Below, piece by piece: positions 25,101-35,105 of a stretch of 61,182 nucleotides of DNA. Origin of the DNA: Octopus bimaculoides. Its lineage: Eukaryota. Every line of letters starts with the position of its first letter. Position 1 is the stretch's first letter. A program made the translations under genes and the position numbers. The notes under the pieces are model-generated. The model did not search any database. It saw only the letters and a list, made by a program, of their open reading frames with translations, and was not told the origin of the DNA. The stretch is taken from contig NC_068984.1 of the NCBI RefSeq assembly GCF_001194135.2, positions 15,594,264-15,655,445 of the forward strand, read 5' to 3'.

Positions 25101-28100
25101 AAGCTTTTAGTTTGCTAAATAAAATTTAAATGCTTAACACAGTCTGCAGCAATAAAATAACTCAATTTAACTGTTCTCTATACAGCAGATATAGACATGC
25201 CCTGCATATTTTTATTTTGGCATTGCTAATGCTTCCTGAAATTTGCAAACACTGTTCCTGGCATGTTTATACATCTTTTCCTCTTTATGGCTCTTTTAAA
25301 GTTCACTTTTCTGTCTTATTTTGTGTACTATTGAATGAAAGGCGAGCCGAGGACTTGATGGGGATGCAGGGGTTGAAGGAATCGGTGGAACAGCTGGCAA
25401 GGGCAAATGGAGTGCAGTGGTATGGACATACGTTGAGGAGGGATGAGGATCATGTTTTGAGGAGAGTGCTTGCGTTTAGAGTGAATGAACTGCAAAAGTG
25501 AGGTTGACCAAATAAAAAAAGGAGGAGGAGATTGAGAGGGTTGGCTTGAGGAGGGAGGATGCCCAAAACCAGGCGAAATAATGTAAGAGCAATTGCTCTT
25601 GGAATGAGGTATATCCAGCCACCTCCATTAACAGGGACAAACCCAAATTCAAAATATTGGACAAGAGAGACCATGTATGTACTTCTAACGTTTTTGATTT
25701 GACTTGTAATGTCTCCTCTTTTAACCTTTTTTCAACAAGTTGTAAGTGCACCTGAGCATCAATAGGCTCATCATCGTTTAACGTCCGCTTTCCATGCTAG
25801 CATGGGTTGGACGATTTGACTGAGGACTGGTGAACCAGGTGGCTACACCAGGCTCCAATCTGATTTGGCAACGTTTCTACAGCTGGATGCCCTTCCAATT
25901 ATTAAATAAATAGTTAAACGATTACATTACACACTTGGTTGACCAAACCTGTAATGTAAGTAAAAATTTTTGCATTTAAAGGTTGCTGTAAACTAGAAAG
26001 ATTACAGACAACATTTCTATTGCATTATGATTGAATTTCCTTGTTTTTCAGTTGACTTCTTGGATTTTTATCATTACATTGTATTTTTATATAGCCACAA
26101 AATAATTTTATATGGTATTTATTTACGATATTTATACATACTTTATTCTGTTATATTTATTGTAGCGTCTACCTCAATCAACCCGTGTGGTGAGAGTTAT
26201 GCCAAATACTCCAGCTCTTGTACAAGCTGGAGCAGCCGTGTTGGCCCCAGGAAAATCTGCACGTGCTGGAGACAATGACTTGGTGGCTGAATTACTCTCT
26301 AGTGTTGGAATTTGTGAAGAAGGAACTGAAGAGAACCTTGATGCTGTCACAGGGCTCAGCGGCAGTGGACCAGCTTATGTAATTTTCTTAAATATTTGTA
26401 TTGCATATAAACCCCTCCCCCTCTGGTCTACTTAATTTAGCCTTTTGTATATCAAAAGTGGAGGTACATGGCTTAGTGGTTAGAGCGTTAGACTCATGAT
26501 TGTAAGATTGTGGTTTTGATTCCTGGACTGGGCGATGTGCTGTGTTTTTGAGCAAAACATTTCATATCACTCTAGTCCACTCAGGTGGAAAAAATGAGTG
26601 ATTCTGCAATGGACTGGCGCCCCATCCAAGGGGAAACATCTACAACAGAGAAACTGGCTCTATGCTTTTTATGGAGTTATGTGGACGAACCATATTAAAA
26701 AAAAGAAGTATTGGCGGTGCTCCAGCATGGCCACAGTCAAATGACTGAAACAAGTAAAAGAATAAAAGAGTCGTTACTTCGGTAAATTTGTATTAAAAGA
26801 TATTTGTCAGTCTATTCTTGTAGTGATATGAACTTAGTCAAACCTCTTTAAACCATATATGGGTTACCTGCGTGTTTTATAGTTATCTCTGATCAATTAT
26901 CTTTGCAAGCTCTTCTAAAATATGAATTGATGTAAAAATTGTATTTCTCCATTCTACTGAATCTACAACTGCAAGAAATCAATAGTGAAATGTAACGGAC
27001 AGTGAAGAATTTACAAAGATGTGTTTGTGTCTATCTGCTTCTACACATTGGAATTGTACAAATATAAGAAATTGTAAAACATATACAAATAAATATACAT
27101 GGTGTAAACATGATTTATATAGAATTCAATAGATAAAATAGAAACGTATTTATTATATCAAAAAGTGAGTCTGCTCAAAATTTGCCAGTGACAGTCAACC
27201 AGCCGTCAAAACTCAAGTAGACTCTTGGAGTGAAATTCCACGAGGTTCCAATTGTTATAACTGTAGAAACTATCTTTTTCTTGTTTCAATCATTAGACTA
27301 CAGCCATGCTGGAGTACCACCTTGAATCAACGCCAGTATTGATTTTTTTTTTACCCCTAAGCCTTGTACTTGTTCTATTGGTCTCTTTTGCTGAACTTAT
27401 GAGGATGTAAACACCAACACTTGTATATGTATCCATATGACAGGCTTCTTTCCATCATTCACAAGGCTTTGGCTGGTTTGAGGCAATTGTAAAAGACACT
27501 TGCCCAAGATATCACACAGTAGGACTGAACCTGGAACCACATGATTAGGAAGCAAACAACTTACCACACAACCACACCTGTGCGTATTTTGTTAAAACAA
27601 AATGACCGTTGCCAGTACCGCCTGACTGGCCTTCGTAGGGTTTTCGAGCGAGATCGTTGCCAGTGCCCCTGGACTGGCTCTTGTGCGGGTGGCACATAAA
27701 AGACACCATTTCGAGCGTGGCCGTTGCCAGTACCGCCTGACTGGCCTTCGTGCGGGTGACATGTAAAAGCACCCACTACACTCTCTGAGTGGTTGGCGTT
27801 AGGAAGGGCATCCAGCTGTAGAAACTCTGCCAAATTACATTGGAGCCTGGTGTTGCCATCTGGTTTCACCAGTCCTCAGTCAAATCGTCCAACCAGTCCT
27901 CAGTCAAATCGTCCAACCCATGCTAGCATGGAAAGCGGACGTTAAACGATGATGATGTATTTGATGGCATAAAACATGCACAGACATATTAGACACAAGC
28001 CATATTCAAGAAAAATGGCTTTTAGTGTATCAAACTTTATGGAAGGCACAACTTTGCATTTAGGACCCTGGGTGATTTTTTTGGGGAAAAAGTCATATAT

Positions 28101-29695
28101 ATTGTAGTTGAAATCAGTTTTGTTATAAAAAACCTGATCTGCTGTCAGTTTGTGCCAGTTGCCATCAAGATCTCACATGTTCTTGGACCCTACACTGCCA
28201 ATTTGCTCCACAGAATTGGGATAACTGTGGCCTGTTTGAAAATTGAAGTGGACTGGCTACTGCAGTGTCTCTATGGCAATGCCTTTACATTCCTGTGCAC
28301 AAGGTGTGGCTAAACATGCCATTTTATTCTGGGGTGTAAAATGTGTTACTCCTCTTTCACATCCTCAGCTGCTTACTCTCCTTGAAGCATTTATGGGTTT
28401 TTTTTCTCAATAATTCAATCTTTTATACTTTTAATGAATTTCTGTCATTTTCTTGTGTAAAAATGTTAAAAACGTCTTAAAAAAAAAAAGCCAAATTGTT
28501 TATTGACTCATTTACTGGAATTAATCTTGTCTTTGTTGTTTACTTGCAGGCTTTTGCAGCTATTGAAGCCCTTGCTGATGGTGGAGTCAAAATGGGTTTA
28601 CCCCGAGCACTCTCTACTAAACTTGCAGCACAAACCCTTTTGGTAAGTAAATGCTTTATTTTGTTTTTTTGTTCCATCTACTTTTCCTAGTTTAATTAAC
28701 TTGTACCTTGTCAGATAACCCGGCTCAGTGGGTTCTGTGGTTTAGCATTATATCAACCCTGATTGAGTAGAGCTTTGATAGAAAATACATTCCAACCATC
28801 ACCATCCAAGCTGGTTTATAAACATTACTTGGTAGGATTTCTCCATAGCAAATTGGTAATGGAAAGGTGGTGGGGGACATTTAGTTAATCAGCTGTGCAA
28901 ATCATCATTTAACATCTGCTTTCCATGCTGTCAGGGGTCAGAGAGTTGCAAATGCTAAAAGGATATTCCTGGGGGAATCCATAAAGGATTTCAGTATTAA
29001 GAATCATGGCAGCTCACTTATTTGTATCTTTACTTCATTGGACACTAAACTCTGCTTGCAAAGACATGTTGAGGCAAGTGAAATTGAAATCGTAATTGAA
29101 CCATATTCAATGACTGGCACGTAACTAGCACCATTTGAGCGTGATTGTTACCAGTGTCGCATCACTGGCACGTTAGAAAATATTCGAGTGCCGCTGGACT
29201 GGCTCCTGTGCAGGTGGCACGTAAAAAACACCATTTTGAGCGTGGCTGTTGCCAGTACTGACTGACTGACCCTCGTGCCGGTGGAATCTGCTACACTCTT
29301 GGAGTGGTTGGCATTAGGAAGGGTATCCAGCTGTAGAAACATCCGGTCCACCAGTCCTCAGTCAAATAGTCCAACCTATGCTAGCATTGGAAAGCGGACA
29401 TTAAAAGATGACGATGATCTTCGTTTTAGGATATCAATTCTGTTGTGGTGAGCAGCTTTTCTTGAGTAAGACATAAAATATTAAAGACTCGACAATATTT
29501 CTCTTGCAGGGTGCAGCAAAGATGGTTTTAGAAACAGGAAAACACCCAGGTCAGTTGAAAGATGAAGTATGTTCTCCTGGTGGAACTACAATTACTGCTA
29601 TGCACACACTTGAGAAAGCAGGCTTCAGAGCTGCACTAATAGATGCAGTGGAAGCAGCAACTAAACATTCTCAATCTCTAGCAAAAAACAGTTAA
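11588..29695 (+). CDS. PYCR: Pyrroline-5-carboxylate reductase (P5CR/ProC family), spliced, 5' incomplete
   Basis: Exons 11588-11652, 23675-23854, 26166-26378, 28550-28642, 29510-29695, all AG/GT bounded and in frame. Translation contains family motifs [49 protein letters not shown] and ends [10 protein letters not shown]. No exon encoding the N-terminal GFIGAG Rossmann motif was found in 1-11587. Paralog (1/2 vs 3) not resolved. Confidence 0.95.
12700..12935 (+). mobile_element. Family D SINE
   Basis: A-box tggcttagtgattagg, B-box gagtttgattcc, ttcttgagcaaaacactt core. Confidence 0.75.
13912..14285 (+). mobile_element. Family B SINE with internal (AT)n
   Basis: ggagtggctgtgtggtaag head, gggttcagtccc B-box, gtttgtccccccaccattgc body, gactgaaac...aaaagaa tail; other copies at 22326 (+), 22985 (-), 27280 (-). 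Confidence 0.8.
14340..15075. mobile_element. Rearranged RTE/BovB LINE C-terminal fragments
   Basis: + frame [20 protein letters not shown]...[12 protein letters not shown]; degenerate zinc-finger-like [14 protein letters not shown]; part inverted. Confidence 0.6.
15292..15338 (+). ncRNA. Degenerate type I hammerhead ribozyme motif (probably inactive)
   Basis: gcag-CTGATAA-gacc-caacta-ggtc-AAAAC-caaggtgctttgg-ctgt: stems I, II and III pair; core differs from CUGANGA/GAAA at two G positions and the UH cleavage site is missing. Confidence 0.55.
15411..15628 (-). mobile_element. piggyBac-type MITE
   Basis: TTAA on both sides (15407-15410, 15629-15632); ctttagcatt / ctaaaagg ends; reverse-complement copy of 20701-20879. 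Confidence 0.75.
17038..17273. mobile_element. Palindromic MITE with ~80-nt inverted arms
   Basis: taacacatgcacaggttcaatcc...agatatctaatcaactaat versus attagttgattagatatct...atcgaacctgtgtgtgtgtta. Confidence 0.7.
17808..18012 (+). mobile_element. Family A SINE
   Basis: ggtggcaaattggtggaatc head, gagttcaaattcc B-box, ggccttgtaccaaa tail. Confidence 0.75.
18545..18885. mobile_element. Tail-to-tail pair of family C (RTE-tail, (GAT)n-ending) retroposons
   Basis: ccaacccatgctagcatggaaagc...gatgatgat then (AT)n then catcatcgtttaacgtccgctttccatgctagcatgggttgg. Confidence 0.85.
18889..19240. repeat. (AT)n/(AC)n microsatellite spanning an N gap
   Basis: Direct reading; source of several spurious YI-repeat ORFs. 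Confidence 0.95.
20701..20879 (+). mobile_element. piggyBac-type MITE
   Basis: TTAA at 20697-20700 and 20880-20883; cctttagcatt ... aatgctaagg termini. Confidence 0.8.
21213..21523 (+). mobile_element. hAT (Charlie-like) MITE
   Basis: CAGGGGTTCTCAA ... TTGAGAACCATTG termini; 8-bp flanks ttttagat / ttttagtc; 5'-truncated copy at 37712-37968. Confidence 0.8.
21715..22295 (+). mobile_element. Family C retroposon (long copy plus short duplicate tail)
   Basis: Internal subrepeats, ggaagggcatccagctgtagaaactctgcc, palindromic ccatgctagcatgg and (GAT)n tail. Confidence 0.85.
22326..22668 (+). mobile_element. Family B SINE
   Basis: ggagtggctgtgtggtaag head, accttgggcaagtgtctt core, (GT)n, gactgaaacaaataaaag tail. 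Confidence 0.85.
22985..23375 (-). mobile_element. Family B SINE, antisense
   Basis: Reverse complement of the 22326 copy (catttgactgcggccatgctg; aagacacttgcccta). Confidence 0.85.
23675..23854 (+). CDS. PYCR: PYCR coding exon (180 nt): [15 protein letters not shown]...VFIAVKP...[14 protein letters not shown]
   Basis: ttccAG acceptor, GAG|gtaagt donor; AVKP and SIAAG motifs. Confidence 0.95.
25340..25660 (+). mobile_element. RTE LINE RT C-terminal relic
   Basis: [41 protein letters not shown] matches the RTE pattern RW.GHV.RR...HVLR. Confidence 0.85.
26166..26378 (+). CDS. PYCR: PYCR coding exon (213 nt): [16 protein letters not shown]...[13 protein letters not shown]
   Basis: ttgtAG acceptor, TAT|gtaatt donor; signature motifs. 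Confidence 0.96.
26460..26690 (+). mobile_element. Family D SINE
   Basis: tggcttagtggttagagcg A-box, gattcctgg, ttttgagcaaaacattt core. Confidence 0.75.
27280..27958. mobile_element. Antisense family B SINE followed by sense family C retroposon
   Basis: Family motifs as above; 24-nt tandem duplication ccagtcctcagtcaaatcgtccaa near the family C tail. Confidence 0.8.
28550..28642 (+). CDS. PYCR: PYCR coding exon (93 nt): [31 protein letters not shown]
   Basis: ttgcAG acceptor, TTG|gtaagt donor. Confidence 0.96.
29030..29418 (+). mobile_element. Family C retroposon
   Basis: ttcattggacactaaactc...gaagggtatccagctgtagaaac...ggaaagcggacattaaaagatgacgatgat. Confidence 0.8.
29510..29695 (+). CDS. 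PYCR: PYCR last coding exon: [27 protein letters not shown]...SLAKNS*
   Basis: ttgcAG acceptor; SPGGTT substrate-binding loop; TAA at 29693-29695. Confidence 0.96.
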   Translation, partial: GAAKMVLETGKHPGQLKDEVCSPGGTTITAMHTLEKAGFRAALIDAVEAATKHSQSLAKNS

Positions 29696-30045
29696 AATGT
29701 ACAGGTAGCAGTGTATTTTGTAAAAACAAACACCCCTCCCCCCGTTTCATTGAAAGTCTCATTATTATATGAAAAATTATAAATGTATTTTCAAAATCTA
29801 CATCGTTATCTATTTTTTCTTTTGACTTTCTTTCTAAACTATAAGTAAAGAAAACTTCATCAGTGTCTTGAGGGAAGTGCTTGGATTTTTGTTTAAGCAC
29901 TTAGCATTAAGAAAATGGCTTCAGTTGGAGAAATCTTCAAATTTAGCTGGATTTAAGAAAACAAATAGAAAAAAAAAAAAGTACAACTTCCAATTTCTAT
30001 CCACTAAAACTTATTTCAAAGGTCTCTACCTGAAAGTATGTAATC

Positions 30046-30051
30046 AATAAA
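30046..30051 (+). terminator. Candidate PYCR polyadenylation signal (alternatives at 30335 and 30796)
   Basis: First AATAAA ~350 nt after the stop codon; sequence only. Confidence 0.4.
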
Positions 30052-30744
30052 ATATAGAAAAACGTTTTTAAAACATAGAACATTTCAGAGTCACAATCAA
30101 CCAAAGTTTGAAACAGTGGAATTTTACTCTACTCAGCTCACCAGGATGAAAAAAAAAAAAAAAAAATCTATAGGTAACTCCACAAATACTAATGGAAAGA
30201 CTGTAAGGAGAAAGGGGTGTATACTGGAGTTTTGCCAACTTTCACCTGCAAGTACTCTTCCCAGAGGTAATTTCTACAGCTTCTAAAGAATTCTTATTTT
30301 AACAGAAATAGTCACTAAAAGAAAAGGGGAGTATAATAAATAATTTAGTGAGACCCATAATGCAGTCAGTTTGTAGAGGCATCAATTTTTAGGATTAGTA
30401 ATTGTGTATCGAGAGTGAGCTTGCCTGATGAAGCCCACTCCTTTCAATGCCTCACCCCTCCAATGTAATGAGCACCCAATACATGATACCCATGTAGACT
30501 CAGCCAGCTACAACTTATGTAATAATTAAACAGAGAATTAAAATCCAAAACCTATTAAAGTAAAACTGCAGTACTAAAGGTGGGGGATAATAGGGAAGAG
30601 ATTAAGAGACATAACAATAAGTAGTAAGCTTTAACAAAGGGAGGGAGCATCTATTTTGTAGACCCATCAAACCCACTTTAGCATTAGAAAAACACAAGTT
30701 CCAATGTGCAGAATGTAGGTATGAATTGTGAAAGAAAACAAAAC

Positions 30745-33700
30745 ATTGATATATTATGACTTTATTTGTACAAAATAGAATGCTACGGGATCAGGAATAA
30801 AATTTCCTTATTTTAAAAAAATCAACAGAGTTCCAGAATGAAGATAGTAATGATCTATGATACATTGATTGGCAGGTTGATTGGAATATGTTTTAGCGAA
30901 TAGTGCAATGGAACACTTGACTGAAAACCTTATTTCTCTGTTAATATTGGCCGCATCACAGCACACACACATCTATACACCCCTGTTTCAACAAAACTTC
31001 TGACTTGGTACAAGAGAAACATTCTATAAGAATTAATATCCTTAGCAGAACCCTTTAGAATTAAAGTGCCTAAAATGTTAACAACAAATACAAAAAAAAA
31101 TATTCAGCTCATATTGGGGAAGAACAGAGGATACCTAACATAAAATCTAACTTGAATATTTCAATAAAACCTTATGTGTAAGATTTGTTTCATATAAGAG
31201 GGTTGGTGGGGAAAGAATCCAAAGAGGGACCTTAGTAAAATTTCCTCCTCCTAATATAAGGCACTAATAATTACAGGATATGAACAGAAGTAAATGGTGA
31301 GAAGGAACATGGATGAGTGTTGACTGGACCCCCAAATTATATGAACAGAGAAATTTAAATTTATGCTACTGAACAGTAATGTTATATAGAAGGGAATAAT
31401 AATAATAATAATAATATAAAAACCCAACTAATCAGGTCATGAAGGTCTTAGTAAGAATGGAAAATGTGAAGCTACTTATGTTCATCATACCTTTTCTCTG
31501 GGTTATTAGGGACAGTAAACCTTGAAATGGAAATCAAAACTGAGCCACCCTCCCTCCCATTCGACAAGAACGTACACCTTGCACCTGCCACAAATAATAA
31601 AATAAATAAAATATAACAAAATGTTAACAAAGGGACATTGCTGAAACAGGTTCAGAAGCAATGTACTGAGCAAGTCAGCAGTGAACATAAGATATGAAAC
31701 AATTCATGTAATAGAAAACGAGCCATGCTTCATACGGAATGACAAGCACAAGATGTCTTTCAGGTTCACACAATGTAACTAGTTTCTACCGAAGAGAAGT
31801 TAAAATTGTGTGTGTGTCATTTATGCCTCTGTCAAAGACATTTTAGTTCAAGTGAAGTGCAGTAGATACAACTGGGATTCAAGACCAGCTTGCAGGCTTG
31901 GCTTGCTAAGAACTTACCTCTACAGCACTCACGACCATTCAAGGGAATTTTTGTAAACAATAAAAATATTGAGGACAAAAATAACAATGTGTAAAAGTCA
32001 CCAACAAATGCAACTTAGACTGGATAAACTAAATATAAAGCAAATATAAAAATAGAGGGACAGGAAATAATAACAAGGAATAAATTAGAAAAGCCAAGCC
32101 TAAAACAAATTACAGTGACATGAATTGAAAAGACTGGAAGTGAATGTGGAAAGTGTAATGAAAACAGGAATTGGGAAGGGGTCAACAATAAAGCCTGACA
32201 AGGTAAAATAGCGAATACTTTGATTTTTAAACAAGTGGAACAACCTAAATATGTCAAGCAGTCAACCATTATAACAAAATTAAATCAGATCTTACGATAA
32301 GGATGAGTATGTTTAAAAGTTTTGGGATGACATTGAATATAACAAGTAATGATGAGTTTTAAGTAAAAACAAATGGCTTGAATGTGGAGAAATGAATGCA
32401 ACTGAACAAGTTGAGGGCAGGGCTGAAATAATTAAAATAAAATTAAGCATAACAGTCAAGAATTCCACAGACTTTTAAACTGACACAAATGACAACTTTC
32501 AAATATAATTTTTTCCTTCATTTATTTTCTTTTTCTTTCTTTTTTTTTAAGAAACAAAATGTGTAGGAATGGAACAAACATCTCATAGCACTTATCTTTT
32601 TTTTTCTTTCGGTTTCACTATTATATTTAACCAGAATTGTTGTATTTACAATGATACAAATAATGAAGTTATTTACAATTCGCTACATCATGTAGCCAAG
32701 CCAGAGGTTGTTGTTGCTGTTAAATCTAATCTTCACCAACTCCACAAGGGAAATAATCAAATCAGTTGACTTCATCATGCTCTCCACTGGCCACAAAGAT
32801 TTCCTTCAATTGGAAAATTTAGAGGAGAAATATACTTAATACTTGCCTTAAAACTAAACTGGATGCCAGTCTCCACAAAATAGTAAATAAACAAAAGAAA
32901 GGAAAATTGCTGAAGACGTTTGAAAATTAATGATTGAGATATAAAGAATTCCTGCCTGATACAAATAAGCAGTATGGATAAATTTGGAAAGCCTTTAGTT
33001 AATAAATGAAACGAATGGAGACACCTCAGACTGATATTTTAAACTGTAACAGAATCTCACTAATATTTAAAAAATTCCTATTTACACTTACATTTGTAAA
33101 ATATTTAAAAACATTTCTATTTTGTATCATAAAAACATGACTGATCAATTAGCAATTGAAGGTTCAGTATATCTTTGTGTACCTCATCATTAGTAAAGTA
33201 ATTAATTTACTCAAGCGAATGCTCAAAGAAAATTCAATCTACATATGTTGCTACCCTGAGAACATAAATTCTAGATCTATCAGTTCTTGACACATTTGGT
33301 TAACTTTTACATCACATACCAGCGAACCTGTGACAAGATGGTCTATAGTAGTTATCTACAACTAATGGCAATTTGTTCTTTTGGGTAATACTCTCTCTCC
33401 CTAACCAAGCAACTAGTTCTGCTCCTCTATCTTAGTACCACCAACTTTCGTCTGGACAGCAATTTTGTTTGTTACACTGACAAATAGCAGACCTGGATAT
33501 CTCCTCAAAGAAAACACAATCAGTTCAACCATGCATCAGTCAACCCAAAAGAGAGACCATGTCTGCAGAGGAAGGCAGAAAATTTAGAAACACTGGACAA
33601 AATGTATCATGAATGCACAAAACTGTATGAAGATACATTCTTATACCATTCATTAGGTAGTTACACAGCAATGACCTAAGCTAAAGGAAAAGGAGCAAAA

Positions 33701-34782
33701 CCATTCCAACATTGGGAACATGGTAACTAGAACTATGGACTCCAAGGTCTCAGTGGTGCACAATGACACTGCCTCATAATGAAGAATGTTGGAGTACATG
33801 TGTGTACGTAAGTTGTGCAAGCAACATTTTGCAGAGGGAAATGGAGGCACCTTTGATGGGAAAAGTAAACAAAAGAGTTCCTGTCTAACAATGGCACAGC
33901 CAAAAATAGATCCATCGTAGTAAGGCTACACCCTACCTATGTGCAAGAGCATTTTCACATATACTAATGAATGTATTTAAAAATTTACATAGAAGAAAGC
34001 GGATGATGTCGGTGCTCCAAAGCAAGATGGGATGATGAAAAATATACTGAGCTCTAATTACTGATTGGTTGATGAATACTAATTCCTGTCAAATAATGCC
34101 GGATGATAAATACGCCTCAGTCATGTCATTATAATATAAAACAGTCTACATCTTTACAGTTAAAAAAATGATCTAATGATGATAACATTAAAATAATGTG
34201 GCTAATGCAATTACAGCTGCTGCCATTTGAGAACTAGGAATTTTTCATTATCTCTTAGAGTCAGTGATTATTTAGTAATTACGGAGAGAGAAAAATCTTA
34301 GATGATTTCTGAGAAAGCAGTGAGCTTAAGAATGAAGAAATAAAAGAAATATCTCTCAAAAGTTTTCCTTTCAAAATAAATGTAAATGTATTTATAGCAA
34401 GACTAGAAGCATCAGAAGTGGCAGCAGCAGTAAAGTGCAAGAAATCTAATGATTTAGTCAAGTGATAAGAGAAAAGAAGGCTTGAAAAATAAGCCCTCCC
34501 CCCTAATTGTTGAATGTGTGAAAAAGAGGAAAAAAAACCCCACAATACTCATCCTGTTTAATTACCTGAGAGGCAATCGTATAAACAGAATAGCTGAGGC
34601 CCCTTCTTCTTTCTCCTTTTCAATTGTTTTTCATTTTTTAAAAGTAGTTCCCTCAAAGAGAGGAAATACACATATACCCCTGACTATAATTACGCACGTC
34701 TGAACTTTAAGATAAAAAGATTTCCCAAGCATTTACAATCAGTCAGTCAATCATGGCAACTTAGAAAAAAAAAAAAAAAAAA
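30745..34782 (-). other. RAD21: Probable long RAD21 3' UTR with two candidate poly(A) signals
   Basis: No recognisable SINE in ~4.7 kb; minus-strand AATAAA at 32521-32526 and 30761-30766, the latter followed by a GU-rich tract (minus gttttgttttcttt). Confidence 0.55.
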
Positions 34783-34792
34783 NNNNNNNNNN

Positions 34793-35051
34793 CAAAAGGC
34801 TCACTTTGATCCACTTCGACAGACTGATGTTTCTTAAGAACTAACAATGTGTAAAACCGTGACGCTGCCTGTTTACGGTTGTGTTTTCGGATAAGTTCTT
34901 TGAAACTAAGTCTTTCATTATATCGGAAAGCTATATCCAATGAATGTTGCATTTGAAGAGATCGCTTGTTCCATTGTTTTTCTTGCTCAGCATCATCCAA
35001 ATTGGAGTCGATAACACCTTCAACCTCTCCTGATTCAATATCTTCAAATGT
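34793..35051 (-). CDS. RAD21: RAD21 last visible exon, C-terminal winged helix, truncated by gap at ...QSEPF
   Basis: taacAG acceptor; WNKR and [16 protein letters not shown]; N run at 34783-34792. Confidence 0.95.
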
Positions 35052-35067
35052 CTGTTAAGCAAATAAA

Positions 35068-35105
<38 letters not shown>

